The notes beneath the pieces were generated by a model. It was not told where the DNA came from and searched no databases. It saw nothing but the letters and a program-made list of their open reading frames with translations. Below are positions 7,670-17,351 of a DNA stretch of 64,000 bases, in pieces (within the stretch, counting starts at the first letter, position 1; each line of letters begins with the position of its first letter). A program made the position numbers and the translations under genes. This DNA is from a virus. Its lineage: Duplodnaviria; Heunggongvirae; Uroviricota; Caudoviricetes. The DNA lies in the IMG/VR virus record IMGVR_UViG_3300001336_000001, positions 106,836 to 170,835 of that record; one strand, 5' to 3'.

Positions 7670-8161
7670 TTATTCAACCATATCAAACCAAGCTCTAATT
7701 GTGCTTGTGTTATTTTGTAAATCATTAAATTCGATATTACTCATTAACCCATCTTCTGATGCGTACTGACTAATTTGACCCGAATAATTACTACCACCAA
7801 ATGGGACAAACCAGTTTAATGTTAAACTTCGGTTATTTGAACCCGTTATTGATGTTAATGTGTATGGTCTTTGGGTGTTTTGGTTGAGTACGTATCTATT
7901 ATTTGAAACAAAAGTTATTGTGTCGTTTGGGTAATTCGTGGAAAATGCGGAAACAACTTTAACAAGTACCCATTTTGTTCCATTTAATTGGTTATTGGTT
8001 GATGTGCCGTTCCCTGATATCGTACCACCATCACTGTAATTATCTTGCCATGGTGTATTAACTGGGGTATCTTCTTCGACAACTTGGTAATTACCATATT
8101 CTATCTTTTTACAAGACACTAATAACATTACTGTTAATGCGATATAAAATAATTTAATCAT
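7670..8161 (-). CDS. Lipoprotein (signal peptidase II type)
   Basis: MIKLFYIALTVMLLVSC lipobox; LNGTKWVL lipocalin/META-like start of mature domain. Confidence 0.75.
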   Translation of the reverse strand: MIKLFYIALTVMLLVSCKKIEYGNYQVVEEDTPVNTPWQDNYSDGGTISGNGTSTNNQLNGTKWVLVKVVSAFSTNYPNDTITFVSNNRYVLNQNTQRPYTLTSITGSNNRSLTLNWFVPFGGSNYSGQISQYASEDGLMSNIEFNDLQNNTSTIRAWFDMVE

Positions 8162-8184
8162 AACTTATTTTTTAATCTTTAAAA

Positions 8185-8215
8185 CAAAGATAATACAATT
8201 TTTTCAATTATCCAA
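8185..8215 (-). promoter_or_regulatory. Bacteroidota-type promoter TTG-N20-TATCTTTG
   Basis: CAAAGATA 8185-8192 and CAA 8213-8215 on the + strand. Confidence 0.7.
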
Positions 8216-8217
8216 AT

Positions 8218-8448
8218 TTATAACTTATTTTTTTTAACAAATCTTATAATTACATCATTAACTTCAACATCAACAATATCTCTATGTGTAAAATCATTTG
8301 CACCTGGATTTGATTTGTAGTATAGGTGTTCATCCATTTTTTTGTGATTCAATTCGTCTAATTCATAGACCATTATTAAACCACTCTTATATATTTTATC
8401 ATTGTTAACTATCTCTGAGATAGTCTCTAATAAATCGTTGTAATCCAT
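8218..8448 (-). CDS. Hypothetical protein
   Basis: 76-aa ORF in operon spacing. Confidence 0.7.
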   Translation of the reverse strand: MDYNDLLETISEIVNNDKIYKSGLIMVYELDELNHKKMDEHLYYKSNPGANDFTHRDIVDVEVNDVIIRFVKKNKL

Positions 8449-8449
8449 A

Positions 8450-8758
8450 TTAAAATTTTGTGAAAATATTTTTTATCCAAGTCTTAAATTTTTGATACCA
8501 AGGTTTTTTGATTATCCTAATATCATTCGGCCTTTCTTTAATTGTTTGGCCAAGACCACTTTTTATATCATTAATAAATCTACTTTTGTTTAATTCAGTT
8601 TGATTTTTAGTTGCTTTAATATCGTTAACTATAGAATCAATAGTTTCAACCCTTTCATTATTTTCCTCTAATTTTAAATTTTTTATAAATTCCTTCGTTT
8701 GTTTATTAGCTTTACTTAACAACAAATCTATATCATCAACTTTTTTACTACTATCCAT
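8450..8758 (-). CDS. Hypothetical coiled-coil protein
   Basis: 102-aa ORF; TATATTTG at 8763-8770 lies 4 nt upstream of the ATG. Confidence 0.7.
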   Translation of the reverse strand: MDSSKKVDDIDLLLSKANKQTKEFIKNLKLEENNERVETIDSIVNDIKATKNQTELNKSRFINDIKSGLGQTIKERPNDIRIIKKPWYQKFKTWIKNIFTKF

Positions 8759-8840
8759 GTTACAAATATATAAAAAAAATATTATATCGTAAAGATTTAC
8801 TTATATTAAATATCATTTATTTTTAATTAAAAACAAAATT

Positions 8841-9173
8841 ATGACACTATTTACGTTTATATTATTATCTTACGGTGTAACCAATATCGCTGTATTTGGT
8901 TCAATATTTAATGGTTGGAGGGTATTTTGGTCTAAAAAATCACCCAAATTTTTTGGTAAACTATTTACCTGCCCAATGTGCTTATCTATGTGGGTTGGTA
9001 TGGTTTTATCTTTCATGTTTATTAATTATGGTTGGGTTACACCGATGTCTAGTTATGGATTAGACATTACTTACATCACTATTTTCCTAGATGGTTGTTT
9101 AGTCTCTGGTGGTGTTTGGATTTTGCACACAATTCAAGAGTTTTTTGAAAGAGCCTTTGTTTCTGAAGAATAA
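8841..9173 (+). CDS. Membrane protein with CPMC motif (DUF1360-like)
   Basis: Three hydrophobic segments and KLFTCPMCLSMWVG. Confidence 0.65.
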   Translation: MTLFTFILLSYGVTNIAVFGSIFNGWRVFWSKKSPKFFGKLFTCPMCLSMWVGMVLSFMFINYGWVTPMSSYGLDITYITIFLDGCLVSGGVWILHTIQEFFERAFVSEE

Positions 9174-9200
9174 AAAAACCAACATTGTGTTGGTTTTTTT
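9172..9200. terminator. Bidirectional terminator
   Basis: AAAAAAACCAACA-TTG-TGTTGGTTTTTTT between convergent genes. Confidence 0.85.
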
Positions 9201-9201
9201 A

Positions 9202-9858
9202 TTACATATCTTTATTTTCAATGCAGATTGGACAAACATCGTCTGGGCCACACTTGCATACCACTTCTGGTTCATCAAAAACCTCAACTTCAATTTTTTC
9301 ACCTTTTGGGGGTAAATCAATATCATTAAATTTAGGTGTTTCTTTATTTTGGGATTTGACTGGTTTATAGATTTCGGACTCACTGACAACCCTTTGTTCT
9401 TCTTTTTCAATAATCACTTCTTCAGTAAATGTTTCATCAGAATAATCTAACATATCTCCCTCATCAAAATCATCTATATCACTTAATGATGGAACTAAAT
9501 TTGGTTCATCAAATGAAAGTTTTAGTTTTGTTAATTTGTTTAAATTATTGTTTTTAAATAAAACCTTTAACTCATCAACCTTCTCTTTTAACAATTTATG
9601 TTTCGCCTCACGTTCTAAATTGTGGTTTATAACTTCTTGGACGTAGTTTAATAAATCATCAATATCGATAGCTTCATCATCACTAAAAAACATATAGTAG
9701 TTTGGTACATCATCAGCTGGTTCAACCCTTATTATCTCAGATGATGGTATTTTCCACCCTTCTTTCAATATAGCGTCAACCAATTGTATACCTTGTAAAT
9801 ATCTAATACCAACCACATATGGTCTTAATGAATTTAATCTTTCTTGTATTTTTGACAT
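9202..9858 (-). CDS. Hypothetical protein with C-terminal Cys cluster
   Basis: 218-aa ORF ending CKCGPDDVCPICIENKDM. Confidence 0.8.
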   Translation of the reverse strand: MSKIQERLNSLRPYVVGIRYLQGIQLVDAILKEGWKIPSSEIIRVEPADDVPNYYMFFSDDEAIDIDDLLNYVQEVINHNLEREAKHKLLKEKVDELKVLFKNNNLNKLTKLKLSFDEPNLVPSLSDIDDFDEGDMLDYSDETFTEEVIIEKEEQRVVSESEIYKPVKSQNKETPKFNDIDLPPKGEKIEVEVFDEPEVVCKCGPDDVCPICIENKDM

Positions 9859-9867
9859 AATTTAAAT

Positions 9868-10080
9868 TTAAATATAAACCCCAGAAAAAATTGCTACTAG
9901 GGTGTATCCTATGGATAATGATAATAACCATAGTGAGTTGTTATTTAGTAAATATTTTTGAGGGGTTTCGGTATCTGATTTAACCCAAGCTTGGATAAAG
10001 TAATAAAAATGTCTAATAATATTTAAAATAGACATGAAACACAACATCAACATCACTTTGTTTATAAAAATTTCTAACAT
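9868..10080 (-). CDS. Small two-helix membrane protein
   Basis: Two hydrophobic stretches in 70 aa. Confidence 0.65.
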   Translation of the reverse strand: MLEIFINKVMLMLCFMSILNIIRHFYYFIQAWVKSDTETPQKYLLNNNSLWLLSLSIGYTLVAIFSGVYI

Positions 10081-10082
10081 AT

Positions 10083-10265
10083 TTATTTTTTTCTTTCTTT
10101 TTTTATCCTTAGAACTTCCCCCCTTAAAATATTAGCTTGCTGTTTAACTGCCCTCATACCTAAAGTAACCCTAGTACCAGCGCTACTATTACCCTTGTTT
10201 AAAAATTTTAGTAAGTCTTTTTCTAAAGAGTCAATTAATTCTTTCAGTTTAATATATTCTTCCAT
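10083..10265 (-). CDS. Hc1-like (histone H1-like) small basic DNA-binding protein
   Basis: KGNSSAGTRVTLGM resembles the GNKAAGTRARK motif of Chlamydia/Bacteroidota Hc1 proteins; start moved to ATG 10265. Confidence 0.6.
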   Translation of the reverse strand: MEEYIKLKELIDSLEKDLLKFLNKGNSSAGTRVTLGMRAVKQQANILRGEVLRIKKERKK

Positions 10266-10275
10266 TTTATCGTTT

Positions 10276-10485
10276 TTACTTATTATTATCATTTGAGGTA
10301 TAATTCTTCCACTTATCAATCATTAATTCGGTTTGAACTATTTTACCTAAATTTGTTTTTATTTTACTAATTTTAGTATTAATATCTTCCTTACTATTAA
10401 TAGCTAATTCCATTTCTTCCTCGTATTTTAATATATCTGAGGCTAATTCGGTTATTATAATTGATACTATTCTATTCATAAACAT
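10276..10485 (-). CDS. Hypothetical protein
   Basis: 69-aa helical ORF in operon spacing. Confidence 0.6.
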   Translation of the reverse strand: MFMNRIVSIIITELASDILKYEEEMELAINSKEDINTKISKIKTNLGKIVQTELMIDKWKNYTSNDNNK

Positions 10486-10509
10486 ATAATAGTGCTAAAA
10501 TTATTAAAA

Positions 10510-11004
10510 TCAAGTCAAATCACTTTTTTTAGTACCTTTTTCTAAACTTTTATCAAAAATATTATATATCTCTATAAAACTATCGATATCAGCTCTACTT
10601 TTAATTGTTTTGTGGTTAAAGATATATTTCCACAAATTTAATATATTCTCATAGATGTATGGGTTATCTTCTTTATCATTTAATTTATAGAATACTTCAC
10701 TAACAAAATCACTAAAATAATCTAACAATTCATCATTTCTTGAAAAATTGATGTTTTCTTTTTTGAAGTTTTCAACGTTTTTACTCCAACACCACTTAAA
10801 GTGTTTTTCTTTAAGTTTTTCATCTGTTATATCATCACCTAGGTATGTGTCAAATATAAGCATCAATAATGAGGTTGTGAAGTCTAAATATAGATTAACC
10901 CTATCAAAATTAACATTGTTATTCTGATAAATTATATTAATCGTGTCCTCATTCACAGGTTTGGTTATGTATTTAACAAATTCTATATTATTTAACCCTT
11001 TCAA
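10510..11004 (-). CDS. Hypothetical protein
   Basis: 164-aa ORF; start codon uncertain. Confidence 0.75.
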   Translation of the reverse strand: MKGLNNIEFVKYITKPVNEDTINIIYQNNNVNFDRVNLYLDFTTSLLMLIFDTYLGDDITDEKLKEKHFKWCWSKNVENFKKENINFSRNDELLDYFSDFVSEVFYKLNDKEDNPYIYENILNLWKYIFNHKTIKSRADIDSFIEIYNIFDKSLEKGTKKSDLT

Positions 11005-11056
11005 AATACTAAATTTATCAAAAATATAAACTATCTTAAAAAAAAATCAATAATAT

Positions 11057-11087
11057 TTGGATATTTAAAATAAAAGTGTTACATTTG
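11057..11087 (+). promoter_or_regulatory. Bacteroidota-type promoter TTG-N20-TACATTTG
   Basis: TTG 11057-11059, TACATTTG 11080-11087, upstream of 11104..11535. Confidence 0.7.
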
Positions 11088-11103
11088 TATAAATTAAAAA
11101 AAT

Positions 11104-11535
11104 ATGGTAACGAAAATTAAAGTTAATATTGATACGGATTTGTCAACACTTTTTGATATTTCATATGATTTCCAGGAAATGACCAATTTAGATATTTTAG
11201 ACCATATGTTGGTTGAGGTTACTGAATGTGGTAATTTTGAATATTTATACTTATTTATGGATGTTCAATTATCAACAACATTTATAAACCTTTTATTGGA
11301 TTATGGTATTGCGGTGTATGAAAAATCTAATTATTATGATGAATTTAAACAAATGATTAAATCAAACACTATTGATAGTTTTAAAAATAGATTATCAGAT
11401 TTAATTAGTTATGATACAATCATAGATAATTTTTATAAGGACTTTATTGTGGTTGATGATGTTTTAGATAAAATAAATCTATGTGGTTCAGACTCACTTA
11501 ATCATTTAGATTATATGACACTAAGTGAACAATAA
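11104..11535 (+). CDS. Hypothetical protein
   Basis: 143-aa acidic ORF with its own promoter and terminator. Confidence 0.75.
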   Translation: MVTKIKVNIDTDLSTLFDISYDFQEMTNLDILDHMLVEVTECGNFEYLYLFMDVQLSTTFINLLLDYGIAVYEKSNYYDEFKQMIKSNTIDSFKNRLSDLISYDTIIDNFYKDFIVVDDVLDKINLCGSDSLNHLDYMTLSEQ

Positions 11536-11561
11536 AAAAAGGGGTTTAAAACCCCTTTTTT
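11534..11561. terminator. Bidirectional terminator
   Basis: AAAAAAAGGGGT-TTAAA-ACCCCTTTTTT between convergent genes. Confidence 0.85.
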
Positions 11562-11573
11562 ATAGTATTTTTT

Positions 11574-13361
11574 TTAAGACTGTTTACCTCTAAATTTACC
11601 ACCGTAAATCATTCTTCTTATTTCATTAAAGAAACTAGTTCTGGTACCACTTTCTAAATCTTTATCTTTAGCGTATGCTTTAGCTTTGTTCATCAACCCA
11701 ACAAACCCTTTATCTTTTTCATCACCCTTTGGTAAGTTTTTAACTCGCTCAAATTCTTCTTTATTTTCTCTCTTGAATATTGATTCATGGCTTCTTAAGA
11801 AGTCACCGAATGCTTCTTCTAACTCGCTATAACCTCTATCACCTTCATAAACACGCATACGGTAATCTTTTTTAGACATCACCATATTTAATGGTATATT
11901 ATAACCACTTGGGTCGATAACATAGCTCCCAATCTTTTCATCATATTCAATTTCCAACCATTCAGAAGTTTCTGGGTTATCGGAACCAGATGAATCCCTA
12001 ACTTTAGCAGTATCACCACTATCACTAAACATGACTTCATAACCACCATGGTTGGATACTGTATAGTGTCCATGTGGTATGAATTCTTCATCTTCTTCAT
12101 CATACCCATCGAAAATTTCATCAAACCTATCATTTTCCATTACTGTTTTATCTCCACACTCATTACATGCTTCAGATTCATTTGTTGTTGATGTATCGTT
12201 TTTTTGTGATATGACATCATTCATATGTCCAATTAATTTTTCACTAAATGTTTTAAATTTACCAATATCTTGTTTTCCTGGTAATGCTAAGTAATCACCT
12301 AATAAGTTAACAAAATCCTCAAATGTTTTTCTTTCGGCTGGGTTCATGTCTTGAAGTTTGTTAACCATATCGGTTGATTTAAGACCCTTTCTAATCTCAC
12401 TAGCTGATGTTGTTGTGTCACTAACCTCATTCATGTTTAACCCTAATTCATTAGTATCAATATCCTCATCATTTTCAGTTAATAAAGATTTTGTTTTATC
12501 CCATATAGTTTTAAATGATTTATCTTCATTAATTCTTTCTTTACCTTTAAGGGTTCCAAGTGTTTCATTTGATTTATAACCCATAAGGTGTTTCATTTTT
12601 TGAACATCTTCAGAAACTAATGTAGCACTAGATGCTTGTAAAATTACCGCTGAACCTTCATTTAATGAACCCTCCCATCTAATTTTGTAACTCTCATCAC
12701 CATCAGTTATTTCGAAAACTTTATTATCAACTTTATAAGTTTCTGGTATTAAATTCAAGGCATTATGTACTCCATTGAATGGTTTTTTAAATTTTAATCT
12801 TTTCATAGTTTCTTTTTTATTTTCAGACTCCATAGCATAATTTTTTTCAAAAGGTCTAGCTTCATAAGGGAAATCACCAAAAAATTTATGTGATTGTGTT
12901 TCTTCTTTTCTTTTTTTCTCGGAAGCTTTAATATCGTTAACTAAATTTTTACCAAAATCTGGTCCAGTAAACCCTGGTTGTTCTGGTATTACATTTGCCC
13001 ATTCTGGATTATTACCCATTTTAGATGAACCAGCAATTGCTTCTTCAGCTCTATCAGCGAATGTTTTATTTACAGTTCTATCATACTCAATCATTTCTTG
13101 ACCATTCATGATTTCCATTTGAGCGTGGTAGTCTTCTTCGTCTTTACCTTCATAATTTTGCTTAACTGGTTCGATAGCATCTTTAACTTCTTTTTTTGAA
13201 GCTTTATCATACTCACCCATTTTGTTAGCAACATCTTTGTAGTAAGTTTTACTATCTTTACCACTATCAGTTTGTGCGTTTTTAGTTACAGTAACACCTG
13301 GAACTTTATCTTCACTGATAAATGTTTTAGATAGCATCTGTTTAATATTGTTTTTGTCCAT
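11574..13361 (-). CDS. Modular acidic protein, putative head/internal virion protein
   Basis: 595-aa ORF; TATTTATA motif at 13376-13383; many hydrophobic-x-Glu sites between modules. Confidence 0.55.
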   Translation of the reverse strand: MDKNNIKQMLSKTFISEDKVPGVTVTKNAQTDSGKDSKTYYKDVANKMGEYDKASKKEVKDAIEPVKQNYEGKDEEDYHAQMEIMNGQEMIEYDRTVNKTFADRAEEAIAGSSKMGNNPEWANVIPEQPGFTGPDFGKNLVNDIKASEKKRKEETQSHKFFGDFPYEARPFEKNYAMESENKKETMKRLKFKKPFNGVHNALNLIPETYKVDNKVFEITDGDESYKIRWEGSLNEGSAVILQASSATLVSEDVQKMKHLMGYKSNETLGTLKGKERINEDKSFKTIWDKTKSLLTENDEDIDTNELGLNMNEVSDTTTSASEIRKGLKSTDMVNKLQDMNPAERKTFEDFVNLLGDYLALPGKQDIGKFKTFSEKLIGHMNDVISQKNDTSTTNESEACNECGDKTVMENDRFDEIFDGYDEEDEEFIPHGHYTVSNHGGYEVMFSDSGDTAKVRDSSGSDNPETSEWLEIEYDEKIGSYVIDPSGYNIPLNMVMSKKDYRMRVYEGDRGYSELEEAFGDFLRSHESIFKRENKEEFERVKNLPKGDEKDKGFVGLMNKAKAYAKDKDLESGTRTSFFNEIRRMIYGGKFRGKQS

Positions 13362-13375
13362 TTTAAACCTTTTCT

Positions 13376-13383
13376 TATAAATA
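13376..13383 (-). promoter_or_regulatory. Putative late promoter TATTTATA
   Basis: 14 nt upstream of ATG 13361. Confidence 0.55.
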
Positions 13384-13408
13384 TATTGTAATTCGTAAAA
13401 AACTATTT

Positions 13409-15088
13409 TTATCTGGGAATGCAGAGTATATTTTGTATTTTCCTCAATGTCGTATTTAGTATATCTAAATCATTACCTAATTTGGTTTGACTATACATAG
13501 CATTTTTTAATAAATCACTTATTTCACCTTTTAAATCTATTGGTATATTCACCTTATCTAATAATTCAGTTATTTCTTGAACATTACTAGCTGTAGATAT
13601 ATTACATATGGTCTTTTCAGTAGTTTCAGTTATTTTTTTTTTTAGCTTGACAACATTATCAACAGCACCAACTGAACATTTACCTTTTTGCGCTTCTTTA
13701 TTATTATTTAATTTAGTACAATCATCAAAACCAACAAACGCACCATCTGGATATGTTAATTCATTTTCCGACACAAATTTGCCATTTGGAAACATCGTTC
13801 TTTTATGTGTCACACCTTTATTAACTGGTGCTTTACCTTTTTCACCTTTGTTTCCAAAAAACTCTGAGGATGCAAAAGCAGGTGTTGCATATTGTGAATT
13901 ACCAGTACTAACTGTTGTTGTTGCTTCATCAACTAAACCTTCTAATTCATCTGGAACATTAGTTGTAAATCTATTTTGTTCACCCATTTTACCCTCAAAT
14001 GAACCTGATGATGTAGCAAATGTTGCTTCCTTCATGTCATCATATTCATCCAGACCACTAGTTCTACCAGCAGACCTTTCACTATCCACCCATGATTGCA
14101 CACCTCTGTCGTGTATTCCCTTGGACTCTAAATATTTTGGGTTAATTATTTGAATTTTATCATACCAATCAGCCTCTGGGGTTATTTTAAAAATAGGCTC
14201 CTCACCAAATTTTTGTTTAAAATCTTGTATATAACCATTAAATTTATGAACCATTTTTGGACCATTAACTTCTCTATATGTGAAATCATCTTTAGCAATG
14301 ATTTGGGTTAATCCGTTTGAATCAATACTTGGTAAGTATACCTTACCCCAACCTGGTACTCCTCTTTGCCAATCAGCACCTTTTCTAGTATCTGGTAATT
14401 GATTAAATGGGAAGTGATTTAAAATATCTAACCCGACTATCCCCTCTTCCTCAACCTCATTCAATTCACCTCTTTCTTTTCTTCTTGATAATTCTTCACT
14501 TCTTTTTTGTTGTATTTTCTTTAATAAATCATCTTCTGAAAATTCTTTATTTGGTTTTTTTGATAGTTGTTGTTTGAATGAGTTAACCATGTCTGTGTAT
14601 GATTTTTCCATTTCTTCCATGGCTTGATAAACACTAGCACCTTCTTTTAATCTATAGACACCAGTTAGGATAACATCCTTGGCTAATTCCTTATTGTCTT
14701 TGAAAACACTCTTTTTTATTTTCCTATTTTCCAAATAACCATTAACTTCCATCAATTTGATTAATTTTTCATACTTGTTTTCACCAGACTCAGTTAACCC
14801 ATACAGTTCATTAACGAATTCAGACCAAATTTTATCACCAGATTCCATTATACCCTTTATCTTAGTTTCTGAATCACGATTTTTAATAAATTGGTTTTTG
14901 GAATTATTGTCTGGTAATTTTTTAGTAAAATCTTTAGTCATACTATGGTTCGCACTTTCGGTATTGACACCAACCATATCTTTAATTCTATCAAACTGTT
15001 CTTTAGTAACCTTCATAACTTTTTTGTTATTAAGGTTCAAATTTTCAAGTATAACAGCTTGTTCTTTAGTTATTTTAAGTTTTCTCAT
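13409..15088 (-). CDS. Modular protein, putative head/internal virion protein
   Basis: 559-aa ORF; repeated KITKEQ/KVTKEQ and EATFATSSG/EATTTVSTG segments. Confidence 0.55.
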   Translation of the reverse strand: MRKLKITKEQAVILENLNLNNKKVMKVTKEQFDRIKDMVGVNTESANHSMTKDFTKKLPDNNSKNQFIKNRDSETKIKGIMESGDKIWSEFVNELYGLTESGENKYEKLIKLMEVNGYLENRKIKKSVFKDNKELAKDVILTGVYRLKEGASVYQAMEEMEKSYTDMVNSFKQQLSKKPNKEFSEDDLLKKIQQKRSEELSRRKERGELNEVEEEGIVGLDILNHFPFNQLPDTRKGADWQRGVPGWGKVYLPSIDSNGLTQIIAKDDFTYREVNGPKMVHKFNGYIQDFKQKFGEEPIFKITPEADWYDKIQIINPKYLESKGIHDRGVQSWVDSERSAGRTSGLDEYDDMKEATFATSSGSFEGKMGEQNRFTTNVPDELEGLVDEATTTVSTGNSQYATPAFASSEFFGNKGEKGKAPVNKGVTHKRTMFPNGKFVSENELTYPDGAFVGFDDCTKLNNNKEAQKGKCSVGAVDNVVKLKKKITETTEKTICNISTASNVQEITELLDKVNIPIDLKGEISDLLKNAMYSQTKLGNDLDILNTTLRKIQNILCIPR

Positions 15089-15089
15089 A

Positions 15090-15347
15090 TTAAGACGCTT
15101 TATTTTTTAGTTGACTTCTCCAAAACCCTCTTTTGGTCCATAGGGTTTTATATAATTGAGTTATAACATTAGTTGTGATTTCAACTACCTTATCTTCCAA
15201 TTCTTTTTCGTTCTTTATACGGTCCTTTACTATTTTCTCCACTTTACCTTTAAAACTAGTACTATCAATAAAAGTGTTAATATTTTTATCAAAATCACCT
15301 TTAGTAAACTCTTCGTTTAAACGTTTTTTTATAATATCTTTCATCAT
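15090..15347 (-). CDS. Small hypothetical protein (MMKDIIKKRLNEEF...)
   Basis: Start moved to ATG 15347; TATTTATA at 15358-15365. Confidence 0.75.
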   Translation of the reverse strand: MMKDIIKKRLNEEFTKGDFDKNINTFIDSTSFKGKVEKIVKDRIKNEKELEDKVVEITTNVITQLYKTLWTKRGFWRSQLKNKAS

Positions 15348-15382
15348 AATATTTGTATATAAATAAATATAATGAATACCAC

Positions 15383-15407
15383 AAAAAAAACCCCTAATGG
15401 GGTTTTT
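15383..15407 (-). terminator. Intrinsic terminator
   Basis: AAAAAAAACCCC-TAAT-GGGGTTTTT after the spanin-like gene. Confidence 0.75.
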
Positions 15408-16257
15408 ATTTTTTACCATCCCATTGTATTATATTATAAGACACACCCACACCTAATTGCAATCCATGACCTAAATCACCATTTGTTGGGTTTAGGTTTA
15501 TACCATAACCACCATAGATTCCCACACCCCACCTTTTAGGTGGAAAGTATTTTTTGATAACTTTTGATTCTCTTGGGTCTATTAATGTACCCTCTATGTT
15601 TGTTGGTTTAAACCCAGGGTAATCAGATGTTATGAATATTTCAACCAAACCATCTTTATTCTCGGTTAACCCAGTTGTTAGACTAAGATTTAGTTTATCT
15701 TCAGAAATTATAAAGTTTTTAATAGATGTAGTAGTATTCGTATCCATTTTAACCATAAATTCACCACTAAGTGTCCTACTATTACCATTTGAATATGTTG
15801 TATCATAAGACCACTTGAATGGTAATAGTGCATAACTAGAGTCTGATGACCAACTCATATTTTCGTAGTCTGGATAAACTGGCACACCGAATGGTATATG
15901 CTCAACTATTGTTTTATATTTAACAATAACTATAGGGTTGTCTTTAAGTTTTTTTATCTCTTCTTCTAATTCCTTACTATAACCACCTAAATCATTAATT
16001 TTACTTATTAGTGCATATTTCTCATATACTAATTCACCATTTTTAGTTTTATATGAACGCATTGTGTCGTTTAATGCGGAAATATTTTGCTTGTAAGTAT
16101 TTGTAATAATATCTGAGTTATTACCACCACAACCTCTTAATAATAACAATAATATTATAACAACACCCATAACAACTATTATAGTGTTTTTAGTGTCCAA
16201 TTTTTTTATATTTAGGACAAAGCAACTTATTACTCTATCTAACAAAATATTATGCAT
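15406..16257 (-). CDS. Membrane protein, spanin-like candidate
   Basis: N-terminal TM ending LLLLRGC, coiled coil, C-terminal KRWGVGIYGGYG...LGVGVSYNI amphipathic beta strands. Confidence 0.45.
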   Translation of the reverse strand: MHNILLDRVISCFVLNIKKLDTKNTIIVVMGVVIILLLLLRGCGGNNSDIITNTYKQNISALNDTMRSYKTKNGELVYEKYALISKINDLGGYSKELEEEIKKLKDNPIVIVKYKTIVEHIPFGVPVYPDYENMSWSSDSSYALLPFKWSYDTTYSNGNSRTLSGEFMVKMDTNTTTSIKNFIISEDKLNLSLTTGLTENKDGLVEIFITSDYPGFKPTNIEGTLIDPRESKVIKKYFPPKRWGVGIYGGYGINLNPTNGDLGHGLQLGVGVSYNIIQWDGKK

Positions 16258-16744
16258 TACCAAAATTTTCTTCATTTAATTTAATGGCCCACTCTTTCTG
16301 CCAATTTTCAAAATAACCCATTAATTTTCTCAACGTTTCCATTGCGTCATTTGTTAGTTTGACATCAATTGGTGTCTTAATTCTTAACCCTAAATCATCT
16401 TCTTTATTCATGGTAAATTCTATGCCTAAAGCATTAAGTTTACCACTCATCATCACATCACCTGGTGTAGTACCTTCTCTGGGTGTTATTACGTAGTTAT
16501 AAAAAGTAACATCTGGGATTCTAGACATAAATTCTTTACTATCATCATTAAAATAATTTAATAAACCATCATTTTCCTTTTTACCATCTTTAACCACATA
16601 AATTTCTTTACCAGAATCATCACTAATTGGTTCTGGTGTTACTGGTGGTTGGTCCATTTGTACTTCTTGATTTTCAGTTATTATTGCGACACGATTTCTC
16701 ATCGTGTCTAACATTTTTTTTGTTACATCATGCTCATTTATCAT
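16250..16744 (-). CDS. Hypothetical protein
   Basis: 164-aa ORF translationally coupled on both sides. Confidence 0.8.
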   Translation of the reverse strand: MINEHDVTKKMLDTMRNRVAIITENQEVQMDQPPVTPEPISDDSGKEIYVVKDGKKENDGLLNYFNDDSKEFMSRIPDVTFYNYVITPREGTTPGDVMMSGKLNALGIEFTMNKEDDLGLRIKTPIDVKLTNDAMETLRKLMGYFENWQKEWAIKLNEENFGNA

Positions 16745-17351
16745 AATCTATTAATTTATCTTTAAAATTTATAAAATCCCAACATGGATTTAAGTCAGTG
16801 TATTTTCCATCAATATTACTTCGATATAAAACACCATATTGGTCTACTTCCCCGTTTATTTTAATATTCGTTATCGGTACATCCCCACTAATATTGTTAA
16901 CCAACATTAAGTGTTTAATTAAATGCACACTTGAATTAAATTGTTGTTCACTATATGGAGCCCAAAATAATTTATTTCTCCACTTTTTTTGACAAACAGT
17001 ATCAATTCTATTATAAATATTACCAACATAGTTAATGTAACTATTTTCGATGTTTAAATCTTTAATTAACCAACCTTCATTTTCTAGTACAACATATATT
17101 GTGTCGTTATCAAATAATGTCTCACCTAATAATTCAGTTGTAAATTTAAAGTTTATATGTTCATATATTAACCCATCTAATGATATTGTATAATGTGCGG
17201 TTTTTTTATACCTACCATTGTTTCTAGTTAACCAACCAACATAGTGATTCATATTAACAGAAAAAGAATTGCACATAACAATTCTTTTTTTATCTGTAAT
17301 ATTTAAGTTGTAATTAGTATTTGGTAATTTGTATGTTTTATCGTCTATCAT
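16734..17351 (-). CDS. Amidase_2 (N-acetylmuramoyl-L-alanine amidase)-like protein with altered Zn ligands
   Basis: KRIVMCNS, AHYTISLDGLIYE, VVLENEG, YSEQQFNS, TDLNPCWDF follow the Amidase_2/AmpD layout, but the expected His ligands read Cys and Arg. Confidence 0.6.
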   Translation of the reverse strand: MIDDKTYKLPNTNYNLNITDKKRIVMCNSFSVNMNHYVGWLTRNNGRYKKTAHYTISLDGLIYEHINFKFTTELLGETLFDNDTIYVVLENEGWLIKDLNIENSYINYVGNIYNRIDTVCQKKWRNKLFWAPYSEQQFNSSVHLIKHLMLVNNISGDVPITNIKINGEVDQYGVLYRSNIDGKYTDLNPCWDFINFKDKLIDYDK

